From positions 143,376-207,375 of the forward strand of contig BCKQ01000018.1 in assembly GCA_001600695.1 (NCBI GenBank): a DNA stretch of 64,000 nt, in the 5' to 3' direction. Positions 1 through 13,855 of this stretch are shown one piece after another. Source of the DNA: Ascoidea asiatica JCM 7603. Lineage: Eukaryota > Fungi > Ascomycota. Made by a program: the position numbers and the translations under genes. The first letter of the stretch is position 1, and every line of letters begins with the position of its first letter. The notes beneath the pieces were generated by a model, which did no database searches, had not been told where the DNA came from, and was given only the letters and a program-made list of their open reading frames with translations.

Positions 1-626
1 GAATAGATTATTACGGGACTAGCTCCACTAGTCTCCTGTTTACCCCGAGACAATTCGGTACACGCAGTAAGAACTATACCTTATATCACATGAAACTAGG
101 CTTAGACAACTCAATCATCCGGAAGGCGTCACTGCCTGGTTCCGATTGGCCAATAGGATTTAACTTCTATCCGCATAGACACTAAATCCTAACGGCTATT
201 TATTTTTCCTCGTACCGAGTGGCTTAGCGTTAATATGCTCGTAAAGGTTCTACAACTATGGCTGGTACCAATCTCAAGGTCTTTTCTACTTTGTACGCTA
301 TTCCTGACGTAAGCACAAATGACCTATGACATGTGACTTAAATATCACATGATATCCGACTATCTGTGTACCTGTACACAGACTCATACAAGGTCATGTA
401 AATTGATGTACTCTTCATGCAACTTGATTCAACTTTATGCAACAATATGTGTATTTATACCAACTTATGCATCTCTATGCATGATTATACATAGTGTACA
501 CACATTATTGTATAATACATAATTCTTTTACGTTTAGTATACATACGTGTCTTTTAGACCTTCACCACCTATGCTGTTAGTACAAATATATGCCCTAGCA
601 TATATAGATCTCTATTATTTCCAACA
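1..626 (-). mobile_element. ~1-kb LTR family, copy 1 (truncated by window start), inserted into a copia RT
   Basis: Reverse complement closely matches 18093-18720. Ends ...TATTTCCAACA at 626 (TGTTGG on minus strand). Copia RT sequence follows immediately. Confidence 0.9.
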
Positions 627-2017
627 TTATGGTCCTAAAGCTACTTTAATTATTAATGGTTATCACCAGGATCTTAATATTCAAACTACCTATGTTAGTT
701 CCACTAATCAAGCAATGTTGAGATTATTTCTTGCTTTAAGTTCTAAAAACAGATATTTTGCTCAAATCGATTTCAAAACAGCTTATCTTCAAAGTATTAT
801 TTATGGTAAATTTATTATTAGAACTCCACTCCATTTTCCTTACAATTGGAGTTATCTTATTTTAAACAAATCTGTTTATGGCTTTAAAACAATCCCAGAT
901 CATGGATGATTACTTTAGCTTCTTACCTCAAGTCAATCCAAATGGAAATATTAATTCCGATTGTAGGTTTGAATTTAAAACATTACAACTCGTTCTCTAT
1001 GTCGATGATGTTCTAATTTCTTATGAAGATCCAAATGATTTTCAATATTTAATTAACTGGTTTAATAAAAAATTTAAATTTGAGCATAAATTAATTCAGG
1101 AGTATGGCAGTACCTTATTCTTATGTCTACATTTATCTAGAGATTGTTCAGGTATTTCAATTTCTCGTTTTACTTATTTATCTAAAATGAAACATATGAT
1201 TTAAACATCTGACCAAAATTGTATACATTCTATGGAATTCCAAAAGGTTATCCAATGGATGATCCAAACTCACGAAAACTTATATCTTAAAGAGAAAGAT
1301 GATTATCGTTTCCTAATTTGATTATTCCTTTATTAAGGTAATTCTTCATTTCCTGAATTAATTTGTCCTATTAATATGTTATTTCAATGTATTTCCACTG
1401 CTAGTCAATGAAATTTAAAAGCCGTTAAAATGTCTTAGGATATATGATTTTACTCCTAAAAAGAAAGATCATTAAATTTTTCTGATAAAGCTTCTAGTGA
1501 TACGACATATCTATATGATTTAACAGGTACTAATAATAATTCTAGAAAGTTTACTTCACATAAGATAATTATTAAATCTTATTCTGAAGCCTCATGGTGT
1601 AATCGGTCTGATTCAAAATCTCAGACATGTTTTTATTTTTTTTTAAATTCTTGTTGAGTTGCTTGGGCCGCTAAAAAATTAATTCCGTTTGGTTCTCTTC
1701 AATCGAATCTGAATTATAAGCAGTTGTTATTTCTGCAAAAGAATCAATCGTTATTAAAAATATGTTACTTGATTTAAATATTAAAAGTGATATTAAATTA
1801 TGTTCTGATAGATAATCATGCCGCTATGGAAACATTATTGAACAATCCCAAAACAGTAAGAGCTAAACATATAAAATTAAGCGCAGATTATATTAGCAGT
1901 TTATTACACCGCAATAAAGCACTATTATATTATGCTACTACATCGGATAATGGTGCTGATCTTACAACAAAATTTGTGTATTCTAGAACACTCAGGAAAT
2001 TATCAAAGTTGTTATAA
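627..2017 (+). pseudogene. Decayed Ty1/copia pol (RT + RNase H)
   Basis: KATLIINGYHQ (KARLV-like), QIDFKTAYL, LNKSVYGFK, VLYVDDVL, and RNase H end IDNHAA...RAKHIKL...NGADLTTK. Many stops and frameshifts. Confidence 0.9.
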
Positions 2018-2039
2018 TTTGTTTTATATTATGGCAGTA

Positions 2040-2155
2040 TGTTAAAATCCAATAGATCAATTCTATTTCTAAACAGGTTTTCAGAATATTCTAAGTGTAC
2101 AAATTATATATCTAAAAGTAATATATTTTTAAAAGTCAAATTACTCTTATCTTCA
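2040..2155 (+). repeat. Possible short 3' LTR remnant of the copia element
   Basis: TGTTAAAA...TCTTCA shortly after the RNase H stop. No partner LTR in the window; boundaries tentative. Confidence 0.3.
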
Positions 2156-2934
2156 TAGTAGGCGTGTACTCTGACCTTATGTGGCCATGGATACTAAGGG
2201 AATCTGCAGTAGTATCTTCAGCAGTTTAGCTGACGCTTCTGTGGAATAGCAAACGGCTAAGTTCCTGGAGTATTCCGGTCTGTGTACAAGAAATTATAGA
2301 TTCATGTTAAGGGATTCTTTCAGAAAAGGATACTTCTATGAGTTTTGGCATTTTGTTTAGTATGAGATATTTTTTTTGGTTAAGCAGGTTGTTAATGTCA
2401 GATTTTTTTTCGTTTTATAGTTATGCCTTGATTGAACTAAGTGCCTCAGTTCATTATATACGTTACCTAACCTAGCTGGCAGGTTGATTTATTTGTTTAA
2501 AATTTCATTTTACGATCTGCCATGTTCCTAGTTGAGCGTTATTCCATATTAGTAAATTAATTTTCTCCGAAATGTGAAACCAGTAACGGCTCGTATGTTG
2601 CTTGGAGAAGGACATTTGAAAAACCCATGCAACACTAATTGCTAGCAGCGCATAAACGAGATCCAATTTGTTTATTTATCGCAATGGCGGAAATAAGGGT
2701 TGCTCTCAAATGGTATTCCTCCTTTTAATCAAAGGATCTGTGCCTTGGCTTATACGAGCATAAAACAGCAGACACAAGTACCTGTTATTCTCTAGGGAAA
2801 AATTAAATATTTTTAATTAAAAGTCAATTATTAAATAAAATTTCAAGTACGAAAGGGGTAGGCCCGCTAAATAACTACTCTCCTGACTCAGAAATCGAAT
2901 TTCTGATTATTGGATCTTGCGAGAAAGAACAATG

Positions 2935-4860
2935 TTAGCTATCAACATGCAACTCATCCAAACACTGCTCACAGAAGCGTAAACATCAGCTAAGGCAATC
3001 AAAAACATAAAACGGAATTTTGATTCCGGTTTTTGCAATGAACCTATTCCGGCATCTAATTCTTTTAGGGCTTTAATGCGGCTCTGAGTTCCGGGATTTT
3101 CATCGGCAGTACGCAAAAATCAAAAAAAAAATGCCTCTGAAAATTCCGTACTAAGGCAATTAGTAATAATAGTTCGGAATTCTCAATAACTTACCTTTAC
3201 CCATTTTGATTTCCTTTTGTACAGCACGTGTCTATTAATAAGAGCTACATCAGGCAAAAATTAACACATAGTTAACCAATTTCTGTGAGCTCTTAGATGG
3301 GAACCATGACTCGCCAGGTATTGGTCCCATATATTAGCGCCACCCAAGTGGTTTTTGCATTCCTCAATCACCGTTGGAATAGGCACCTGGGCCTTAATAC
3401 CGTCCTTGAAAATTTCACCAAATGGCCATTTAAGCTGTTCTAAACTTCACTTATTAGGTTTGTAACGTTCTCTAATATCAGCATCTTTGAGGACATGTGG
3501 CGTACTAAGTCAGAGAACCACAGTTCTATGGAGCCAAAACACGTACGAAGGCAACATGATCTTAAGTTAGCTCCTTCCATTGTAAATTAATTTTTTTTGG
3601 ATTTCATGTGGGACAGCCATTTAGGATAGGATGTCCTATGTCCCGTAGTCCGAGTAGGACGGATATTGAATTTTGATGTTAATCATTGAAAAAGTTTAAC
3701 CGAGTTAAAATAGTTATCCATGTAAAAACAATCTTCCACGGATTTCGAATTTCAGCAGCAAAATTTGTCACAAGAGGTTCTGTGGTGGTAAAAAGAACTA
3801 AGCATGTGGACAGCAATGATTCCAGTTGACTTAGAACTTGAACTCTAAAGCATGGAAAAAGTGTATCCTGCTTCCTCCAAACCCAAAACCATGTAACCCT
3901 ATCTAATTGGTTTGATAATTACCACTGTGCTATCACGGGTCGACCTTTAAACGTGAACTTCATTTCATCTATGAACACTTCCGATCCCAAATTGAAAAGT
4001 TTCTGGCTTGTCCTGACAAAAATGATGTGCTAAAGGTGCTACCTTCTCCCAAGGAAGAGTAACCTTCAAAGCGCTACCAGCTAGGTCAAACACATGCAAG
4101 AACATTTTAATAACGTTAAATCAAAAATATCCCATTGTTGACCTAATTAATTTAACGTTTTCTTGATTTTTCTAGTAAAAATTTTTCATATTACAGCTTT
4201 TGTTGGTTCCTAATATAATAACCACCGCCACCAACAAATAAGGGTCATGCTGAGCCACTTTTCTGGGTCTGCTTTCCTCTTTTTTTTACAAAATATTAAT
4301 GTACTTATTAGTTGAGAGCAGACTCATCGTTACCATTTTTTGTACTGAAAAACAATAAAAATATTTGAAGTGTGTCTACCGCACATACCTAACAAGGAGT
4401 ACCTATACAATTCCTCCTTGCTTTAAGTTTCTTAACAGTAGCAGTATCCCGGCGAGATCAGCAAAAACCTTCACCGGAAAACCTGTTGCGAGTTCCTAAA
4501 GATCCATCTTCACATCAGTTAGCGCTTCAAACTGCCATAGCTGATGGTGTCCAATACCGTATTCCGTTTCATTCGGTCCAAACAAAGTGACTACCGGATT
4601 ACGTTTAGTCTTTTCCGAGGACACTGCCACAGGTCCGAAGCCCACTCCGGTTTTCCCCTGAAAATATTTTGATTCTCTCAGTGAAACCAAAAAGAGATTA
4701 AATTAATCCTCATTTTTATTTTTTATATAGAGTTGAATATCTCATCTGTTTCATCAACCATGTATGGTTGTGATTCTGTTACTGCTTGGAAAACAGGTTA
4801 ACCTGATTATCCTTAATTTAAATGTTATTGTAAATTAGCTTGTTAAATTTGTGTTTCGCT
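2935..4860 (-). pseudogene. piggyBac-superfamily transposase (DDD, DDE_Tnp_1_7-like), decayed
   Basis: Minus-strand motifs in canonical order across frameshifts: TNKY; GSEVFIDEMKFTFKGR; KPIR*GYMV..EAGY; FYMDNYFNSVKLF; PTVIEECKNHLGGANIWDQ; RNW..FLPDVALIN..LYK; Cys-rich C-terminus C-L-S-*-C-L-R-F-C-E-Q-C-L-D-E-L-H. 5' end approximate. Confidence 0.85.
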
Positions 4861-5889
4861 ATGAATGTTTTGGCAAATTTTCTACTGAAAATTTATATAA
4901 TAATTGAGAAATAGATGATAATTTTGGGTAAATTTTACTTTTTTATTCTGTTTATCGTTTCAACTATTATAGTAGTCTTTATTTGAATTTTCAAATGCTT
5001 CAAAAAATTTTTCTATTTGCATGTTTGTGTTTTAAAATTCTTCATTTTCAATTGAAATTACCGTTTATTATTTTTAAACTCAAAAAGATAATCCATCAAT
5101 TGTACGCCTATATAAGATTTAATCCAATCAATACTCTATAAAATAATAAATTTATGTTAATTCAATTTACATTAGTGCAATAAAAACTTAATCAAATTAA
5201 AAATGGTAATTATATTTCTGATCAATTCAAAATCAATTAAAATTGTTAAATTAAAAATTACAGTTCTACAAATTTTAATAATTTTGGTGTTCAACTAAGA
5301 ATTAATCTCAAATTAGTTAATTAAAGAATACGCTTGTTCCAATGGCAATAAAAACTAAATAAAAAAAGATAATTAAAACGGTTTTTGCTTAAAAAAGCAA
5401 CTGAGAATTCCATAATCGTTTATTAGTTTCTTCTTTAGTTTAGTTTTGATTTGATTTAATACAATAAATCAAGTTAGAAAGTAATTCTACTTTTTTTGTG
5501 TTTTCAGTTCTTTTAGTATTCACTTTTAAAATTTGGAAAGTTTCAAATTTTATTACACCCATAAGACTGGTAATAAGTTTTTAGTGTATGAGGATCTAGG
5601 TGTTGATGTTTACAATATTCACGGTCTAATCACCCGCCAGTTCTACAAAGCCGCACGCTGGCAAATTTTTACTATATGGTTTTAATAATTAAGATAGTGT
5701 TTTATTAAGGTCTATATAATATTGTGATATTAATATTTAAATAAAGGGATGTTTCTAAGTCTGGCCTGCCGAGTTTCAAAAGTGTAGAAAAGTTCTACAG
5801 TGAGGTTAAATTGTAAAGATGAGATATACGAGTGTGTCGCTTTTATTATTTATCTACTCGTCGATCAATTCTCTCTTATTCTGGAATAG

Positions 5890-6915
5890 CGTTGGATATA
5901 ATAGAGATCTATATATGCTAGGGCATATATTGGTACTAACGCCATATGTGGTGAAGGTCTGAAAGACATGTGTCTATAGCAGACATAACAGAGTGAGCTA
6001 TTATACAATAATGTGTGTACACTATGTATAGTCATGCATAGAGATGCATAATTAGCCATAAATATACATATTGTTGCATGAAGTTCCCTTAAGTTGCATC
6101 AAGAATACATCAATTCACATGACTGTGCATGAGTCAGTGTACAGGAACACAGATAGTCGGATATCATGTGATATTATCGTCACATGACATAGGTCATGTG
6201 TGCTTACTTCCGGTATAACGAACGAAGTAGAAACACAATGATATTGGTTTCAGTCATAGTGCTAAAGCATTTAAAAGGAAATTAAAGCTAAGCTACTACT
6301 TACGAGCGGAATAAACGACGAGTTGGGATTTAGCCTCTATCCGGAAAAAAGTCAAATCCGAAAGGTCACTCGGATCCAGACAGGGACGGCCTGTGAGTAG
6401 TTGAATCGGCTAAGCCTGGTTTCATTTGCGATACGTTATAATTCTAGCAGTTTCTACTAAATTGCTTCGGAATAAACAGTAGAGCAGTGGAGCTAGACCG
6501 TTAAGGATCGATTCCGTGTCGCGCTTCAAAATTAAACATTATTCCCGCAAATTAGTTAGGTTTTATACCCCACTGAAAAGTCGGCTGATTGGTTTTACTA
6601 TGTTAAATTTCAATGTGGATTCTAGTGGAATTCTAATCAAGTTTTCAACCCTTTTTACAAGGCAAACTTGATTCCCACTCTGATTCTAGGCAGGAATTCT
6701 TGGAGTTTTAGGAATTCCAAAGAGTTCTTGAAGGTGCTCCGGATCCTCCTAGAAAACTTTGGTTCCTATAAATAGAATCTATTTCCTCTTATTTTTTTAG
6801 TTAATTCATTTAGTTGGCTTTGGAGATCATCGATTAGCCCTGGTTTATGGATTAATACATAGGTTGTAGTAAGTAAAATTTAAATATTAGATTAAAATAA
6901 ATCAAAATTCCCCCA
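5890..6915 (+). mobile_element. ~1-kb LTR family, copy 2 (diverged)
   Basis: Colinear with 18093-19126 over its full length. Termini decayed (CGTTGG...CCCCA); no clean TSD. Confidence 0.85.
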
Positions 6916-6929
6916 AATTTTTCAGCCAT

Positions 6930-8100
6930 AATGATTTAACCCCCAATTCAAAAGAAACTTTGAAATAATTAATAATCAGAAGGTGTATAATTGGTATTCT
7001 ATTTGTTCCCATGACTGTCTGTCTTGAATCATGTTTTTGCATTTCGCTTATAATTTTCCTGAAATGCTCTCATAATTAATATTACTAAAGTGCTTTTGAA
7101 AACTTTGGAAATAAATCCAACAATACAAATATTAGTCAATGTAAATTTGAAAGACAATTATGGGTTCATGTATTGAATGATTTTTTTAAAATTGAAGGTT
7201 ATTCTTCGTCTATCATCTTGGTACTATATTATCCACCAAGTAACATCGTACTCCTTCGCACAAGCATAATGTTTCAAATCTAAACTATTCTAAATTATCC
7301 AATAAAACCTGCAGAGTCTATTCAGAAAAAAGAAGGTAAAATAAGTACTGTTATCATTAATTGTAAAAAGGCAGTTTTAGCTCCTTATCAATTAATACCA
7401 ATGGCTTTACTGTATATCATCCAAACAATTATGGGAAGCGAATCAGAAATAAAAAATCCCACAAGGCTATGGCAGTAGATGTAGACTACTTTGGCCAATG
7501 CACATTTTGTCTAAAAAAACTCGGGATTTTTCTACAAATAATGCGTGCATTAAAAACGCACCTCAAGCTGAAGAAGAACAAAAGTTCCCAGGTTTATAAT
7601 TGCAAATACAAATCTGAAACAAATAACAACCAATTCTTCCAGATTAGAAAAACGAAAAGGATTTTTTATCTTGGCTTCATCATGAATTCAATGGTTATTT
7701 GAACCTCAGATCATATAGAATAAATCCATTTAAGTGGTTGTTGAAAATTCATCTTACGCTAAAATAACCTGATAATCATGAAAATCATATCATGCACAAG
7801 AATGTTTTACTAATTAAAACAGAAAAGGGGAAATGCATGATACTGTTCTAAGCACAAATAATAAAACCAACTAATTTCCTAAAAAACTTTAATTCAAAAA
7901 ATGAAATGAACTTAATCACTAAGAAGCTTTACAATACATATAATACAATTTCAACCCTTGCTTGAATTTAGCATAGCAACAATTATTCAAATGCGAGGAA
8001 GGAGAAAGCCCGGATACTTAAATATTTCGGCACAAATTCTTTCCAGAAAAGTTCTGTTATCCTTGTTGATAAAGAAGACGATGTTCAATCAACTTTCGTT
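6930..8100 (+). pseudogene. Possible decayed copia gag/protease fragment
   Basis: CTFC knuckle-like stretch (~7499) and a degenerate W-L-F..T-S-D-H-I protease-like motif (~7692-7718). Heavily disrupted. Confidence 0.35.
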
Positions 8101-8829
8101 ATAAAATGAACGACCAAACCCAATAAGTATTTAAATGAAAGTTTAAATACATATGAACACCAAAAATCAAATATACTGAAATAAGGGTTAAACTAGAAAT
8201 AAAAGTAAAAATCTAAATAACAATTTCTGTAAAGACTTAAATAAAAACTTAAGTAAAAAATTAGAGTGCAGTGCGGTTTCAAGGAATAGTAGAATTGACG
8301 ATTCAAATTTATATTCCAAAACAGTTTCCATGCCATTTTGAAATTTAAAAAAAATTTTATTTCACTAGGAGCGTAGACCAATATTTTAGATAGTGTTACC
8401 AAAATTGTGTTATTATACAAATCCAATTTTTAAAAACCTATTCGTGCCGCGACTTCCAAAAACCCCTCTCGATAACTACGGGCTTCCGATGATAGTCCGC
8501 GACAAGCCTTGATAACCTCATGCACATCACAAGAGAACTCTACTACAGTATTATATCCACTACAGAGATTGCCGGAGCTGTTTAATACGAATATAAATTA
8601 TCAATTATCAACATTCGTCTAACTAGTTTATCCTTATTTGTTGGCATCTAAAACTAATAATCATCATAGAAGAACAGAAAATTTTATCATATCTGGTTCA
8701 TCTCGTACTGGTCCATAGCAGTTGAAAACGGGACCTCTACCAAAATGTTTGCCATGTAGTTTTTAAGAACAAGCCCGTAAACCATTAGCAAAAGAACGCC
8801 AATACCAGCTCCACAAATAAAAAACTTAA

Positions 8830-9340
8830 ATTAGCTGAAACAAAAACAATAGTGATAACCCAAACCATATTATTATTTGTAAAGATTTGCAATTTATATA
8901 AAAAGACTGTTGATAATGCTGTGAGCAAATATTCCAATGTTGACTACCTATTGACGACCCAATTGTTAAGTGAGAACCTTGCCTCCCCGAGTTTTGGGTT
9001 TTTGTCTGCATATTAGACTGTAAAGGGCACGTCACCCATAGTGTCACGCAATGTATTAGGTTAACCGCCTCTCAGCCACATCTTTTTTGCCATTTTAGGA
9101 AGGTTGAGTGCCAAATTTCCCCTTGATTATTGATATATAAATACCGGAAATGCGTTTACTCTCTCTTCCTCGGGAAATACCATTAGTTCCTTTTGTAATG
9201 CCACCTTATAAGATCTGAGGAGAACCGAACTTTAGAGTAAACCATCAATCTCATTAGATATTGTGGAAGAAACATTATTAGATTCAAAAGTTATTCTGGG
9301 TTTATTTTCTAAGTTGTTTTATTTGTTTTCTTTTTTCCAT
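8830..9340 (-). pseudogene. Probable Ty3/gypsy gag fragment
   Basis: Minus frame FPEEERV...AKKMW...F..Y..EARFSL...STLEY resembles a retrotransposon capsid pattern. Lies downstream of LTR copy 3 on the same strand. Confidence 0.4.
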
Positions 9341-9969
9341 TTTATTTTCTAAAATCAAAATTTAGAATTCCAAACAATTTGCGCAGCTAAATTAAAAGAA
9401 ATCTGTGGAGTTTAATAAGATAAAGGTGTGGGATTGCAGAGTGATAAATCAATGGCTCCTAAATGTTTTAAAATTTGAACTTTTGTTCTGATTTAAAGAA
9501 AATCAGCAAAACCTTTGTCACGTCATTTTAAATAGATATTTATTTTTTGCGTTATATAAATAAATAAAAATCCTAATAAAGTATTTTTCTTTAAAACAAA
9601 ATTCAAAAACGAAAATTAAATCAAATTTTTTTCAGAAATTCATAATTTACGTGAAACCAAATTTTTGCTAAACACAATACAAAAAGTTGTTTAGTTACCG
9701 TTCCCCTATTACTAAACCCAGAAAACGAAGTCTCTTCGGTAATGTTCAGGTTTAACTACCTGTATTCCTAATTATCCGCATAGGGTAACCCTGTGACTAC
9801 TTATAACTTTTTCGTGCTTATAGAGACATTTATCTGTATAATGATCATAGTGGTACTATTACTTTCCTGCTTAAACTGTACAGGTTGCTCATGTTGAAGT
9901 ATGGTTTCTGCAACTTATTTCTTTCCGGTCTACATTGAGTTCTGAAAGCACTTTACTATTAATAAATAT

Positions 9970-11175
9970 TGTAAATGTTTATTAATTTTCAGTTTCAAAA
10001 TATATAATCATCCTATGTGTAAACTATGTATTCACTCTAACTTAAGGTTTAAAAAGTAAATTAAAAAAATTAATCAAAAAAATAATACTACATCCATTCC
10101 TGTCATTGTAATTCTGAATTTCTATGGGCTCCCCTACGAACATCGGGAACTCTAGGCAATTCTTGTGGGAGGAAATCAGATTTACGTGGTGAAAAGGGTT
10201 GCAAACTTGATTAGAGTTCAATTGACAGTCAGATTTCAATTTTACCATACTCAACAAATGATCCCATTTTGTAGTAAGGTAAACAATAAAGTTAACCTGG
10301 CCAAAAAATAATTAATCCCCAGACCGGAGTTGTAATACATTTATAGTACTAGCGCCATTAGTCTCCTGTTAAGTACGACCCAATTCGGTATACTTACATG
10401 GGTGCTGAACAAGATGATGGATTTATCTGTTTATAAAATATAAAAAGTGAACAACAATCGGTGCACTTTTGTTTTGCACTGAGAGAAAGATAATTCTCTC
10501 ATTGGCAGTCGGGAGTTTAGTTGGGACATGTGTGACTGTCCTAGGGAACGACTGAACGTAATCCGGGAGTCGTATTGACTGGTAGATTCTGATTAGGGTA
10601 ACAGAAACGTTCAATCATGACATATAGGCTATGGCAATTGTACCTGGTCTCACATGAAACTAGTTTTAGCCAATTCAATAATCCAAAATGTTTGGCAGCC
10701 CCGATCTGATTGTCCCTTCGGTTATAACGTATTACCGCATAGACGCTAAATACTAACTATCGTTTTTTTCTTCTCCTTAACAAGTGGCTTCGCTTTATTA
10801 TGCTGTTAAATTCATAGCGACTATGGGATGTACGAATCTCAAGAGTTTTCTGGTTGTTACACTATACCCGAGTGTAGGCCACATGTCCTATGCGCTGCGA
10901 CTAGAATATCATATGATATCTGACTGTAGGGCACCTGTACGCAAACTGAAGGCCGATCATATGAGTTGATTTGTTTTTCCTGCAGCTTGATGCAATAATA
11001 TGCATATGCAGGCCTAGTTCTGCATGTCTACGCATAATGGCAAATGTTTATATATTATTGTATAGTACATGACTCTGTTACGTCTAGTCTGCATACGTAC
11101 CATTTTCAGCTTGACCACATATGGTATTCGTCCAAATATATGCAATTACGCTGGATTGAGCTTTCATTGAGCATT
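9970..11175 (-). mobile_element. ~1-kb LTR family, copy 3 (most diverged), interrupted by a nested element
   Basis: Matches reverse complement of copy 4 (e.g. AGTCTCCTGTT, CAATTCGGTATAC, TCACATGAAACTAG, AACTTGATTAGA). Ends approximate. Confidence 0.8.
10394..10622. mobile_element. 229-bp solo LTR-like insertion nested in LTR copy 3
   Basis: Absent from copies 1, 2 and 4. Ends TTACATG...CATGACA (decayed TGTCATG/CATGACA). Flanked by TATAC (10389-93) and TATAG (10623-27). Confidence 0.65.
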
Positions 11176-13855
11176 TATTCAGCATTAAAATTTAGTTTTG
11201 ATAAAACCAGGAAGCAACCTTTTCTGCTCCAAAGGTAAATAGTATTCCGAAAATTTGTTAAAGTAAATTTTTTTAATCTTACGTTGTTCATAACCTTTTG
11301 AAACTTCATTTATTACAAAATCTTCTGTCAACAGGCAGCATTTATTCGGATCATTGGGCGGAATATCAAGATTACGTGAATGGTTTAAACAACTCTCGCA
11401 CGAGAGTCGGTTAGCAAGTCCATTTTAAATTCAGTGCAGGATTTTTTTTATGTTTGTTTTAAGACATATGTAGACTAAACCAATCCTAATTATTTAGTCT
11501 ATAGATGTACTATTTTTATGTCGCTCTATTATTACCGCTTTTGTTTTCAATACATACTTAAAATAAATAATATATTTGGACGCGAGTATTCCTATCGAAA
11601 ACAAACAACCTCCAAATTATAGCAACCTTTTCCTGATCACACTAGCGTTACATGGAGGGAGAGGTAAAACGTCTATAGACCATTCGTCCATAGAAACATC
11701 AAGTCTGATAACAGTACTCATACAAGATATCATGAGAATGACTTTTAAAAAAATTAAATTTAACTGATATATGAAAAGCACCATCAAAACACTTCATATA
11801 TATTCACAAAGTACCATTGAGTACTATTTTTTTTTTTAAAAAGTTTTATACTCTGTTGGTGTGTAGTGTGGCATTACTCATATGGGTTACTAAACACTCT
11901 ACGGTTATTATGAATCACCTACATTGTTCTATAGCGAACCCAGATAGCAAGTCATTTCTTTTTGTATTTCTCTCGAGGGATTCATGAAATTTAGTACATA
12001 TAGATATTTTTATTCACAAGAAAATTACTTTAAAATATATTTTTCTTTGAAGCAAGTGGTAATACCTGTCATGACAGGTGGGCGAAGCTGATTAAATGAT
12101 TGCTTGATGGTGATTTTGAAAGAATGTGCGTACATGTTTTCAGCAACCACAGTGCAATCGTATAGTGGAGGTCAGGACAACCAGTATATGGACGTAACCG
12201 TAATCTTATAGAGATTGAGCAATCTTATTATTCACTTAATGTTGGCGGTTCCGAAAACGTTGTCGATGACATCGCACTTAGCAAATATAAAACACAATTC
12301 AACATGATCAAACTACGCGTGCATGGTTGAGCATCGTGCTAGAGTAGTTTTGTTTTATTATTGGTTTTTCTACGTTAATAGCGAATGGTACGGCAACAGG
12401 TTGGCCTCTGATACCACATTTATGTGTATTCTTTTTGGATGAAAACGGTCTTTGTCACATATCGTTATCTCCTGTGCCATTTTCAGGGATATGAGGATTT
12501 TAAAATCCCTTTTTTTGTTAATCGGGTAGATCGCTTAAAATACAAAACTGTTGTTTGTTGATTTTTTGTTCTTGGTCTTGTTCTTCTTTGCTGGGTTTTC
12601 AACTATGGGAAGCAGCTCTCATACTCTAATTTTACATATGTACTTTTAAGATGGCTTCCAGTTAATTTGTGATTAATATAAATACTGGTAGGAGAACTCA
12701 TATTTGATAAATAATTTTTATCGCTTTTACATTTCAACTGCCAGTTGATTATAATTGGGTTCGGATATTGTTTTAGTAACCGGTAGCTATTTTCTTTTAA
12801 TTACCATCAATGGCGCCTGGAAACGTGTTTTGCCTTTGTACATGTGTTCCCTGTATACACGTAAACAGAAACCCGATAAATATGATTTACGCTTATTCCG
12901 TTTCAACACAGGGGAATATTGTATGACGCTGATATAATATTTCGTAAAGTTTGGAATATTTGTATATCGTATTTAATTGTTTGGTCAGTGAATAGGGGCT
13001 AACAGGTAGGGTTATGTTGACTATGTAAGCACTAACAGATCTGCATGTTCATATGGCTGAAAGCCCCGGTTATTAGTAACAGTTACCAAAACCCGTCGAC
13101 AATTAAGATTCGCTCAGCTCAGTCGATTTGCTACTCTTACAGAATTCTGGATGTAAAACAATAGTCTCTAAGAACTTAAAAATAATCTTAAAATTTTGGT
13201 AGCATACCTGAACGGTGTTCCGCACTGGTCTCAAATGTAAAATGTCTCAAAAAAATATTAGAATAGTTTAAGGCCTTTACTATTTTGGCAAAGTTTTTAG
13301 TATGTGTGGACGGTATTCCTCATGTTTGTAAAACAAGTAAAATATTTTGAAAAACACTAAACTATTTCACAAACTTTGTGATTATTATAATGCTGTCAGC
13401 AAGCGGGTGAGACACAATAATATCAACACACCACTAATACCGAAATGTGTTTGTGTGACACAACTACAATCATTTGTGCTTTTCTGTAATTGGAACGCAA
13501 ATTTCAATTCTCTTTTCTAATTGTCAAATATTATGTTGATTATGTTATCAAGATTAATATAAAAAGATGGAAAGGAAAATTATATTTATTTAAAAAAAGA
13601 AAGCTATATATACAAAACGTGCGACATTAAAGACAATATATAAAAAATATATACTAAAATGTTAAGAGTTTGAAAGAAAATACTATTGCTGCTATGAGTA
13701 TTAATGCAATACTTAGTATACAGTAAGCAAAATAAAAAGAAAAGAGTCACCATAAATCATTTTTACTCTATTAATCAATTATTTGTTTACTAAACTATTT
13801 TATATATATATATCAAATTAAAATATAATGCATATTGAATTCTATTGCTAATTTT

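Noticed and set aside
547-909. 120-aa ORF as a real gene (also 5865-6059)
   Set aside because: Chimera of LTR sequence and copia RT; the shared MSFRPSP peptide is just translated LTR.
1-6915. Komagataella-type inverted-repeat centromere formed by LTR copies 1 and 2
   Set aside because: The copies are too diverged and appear to be independent insertions.
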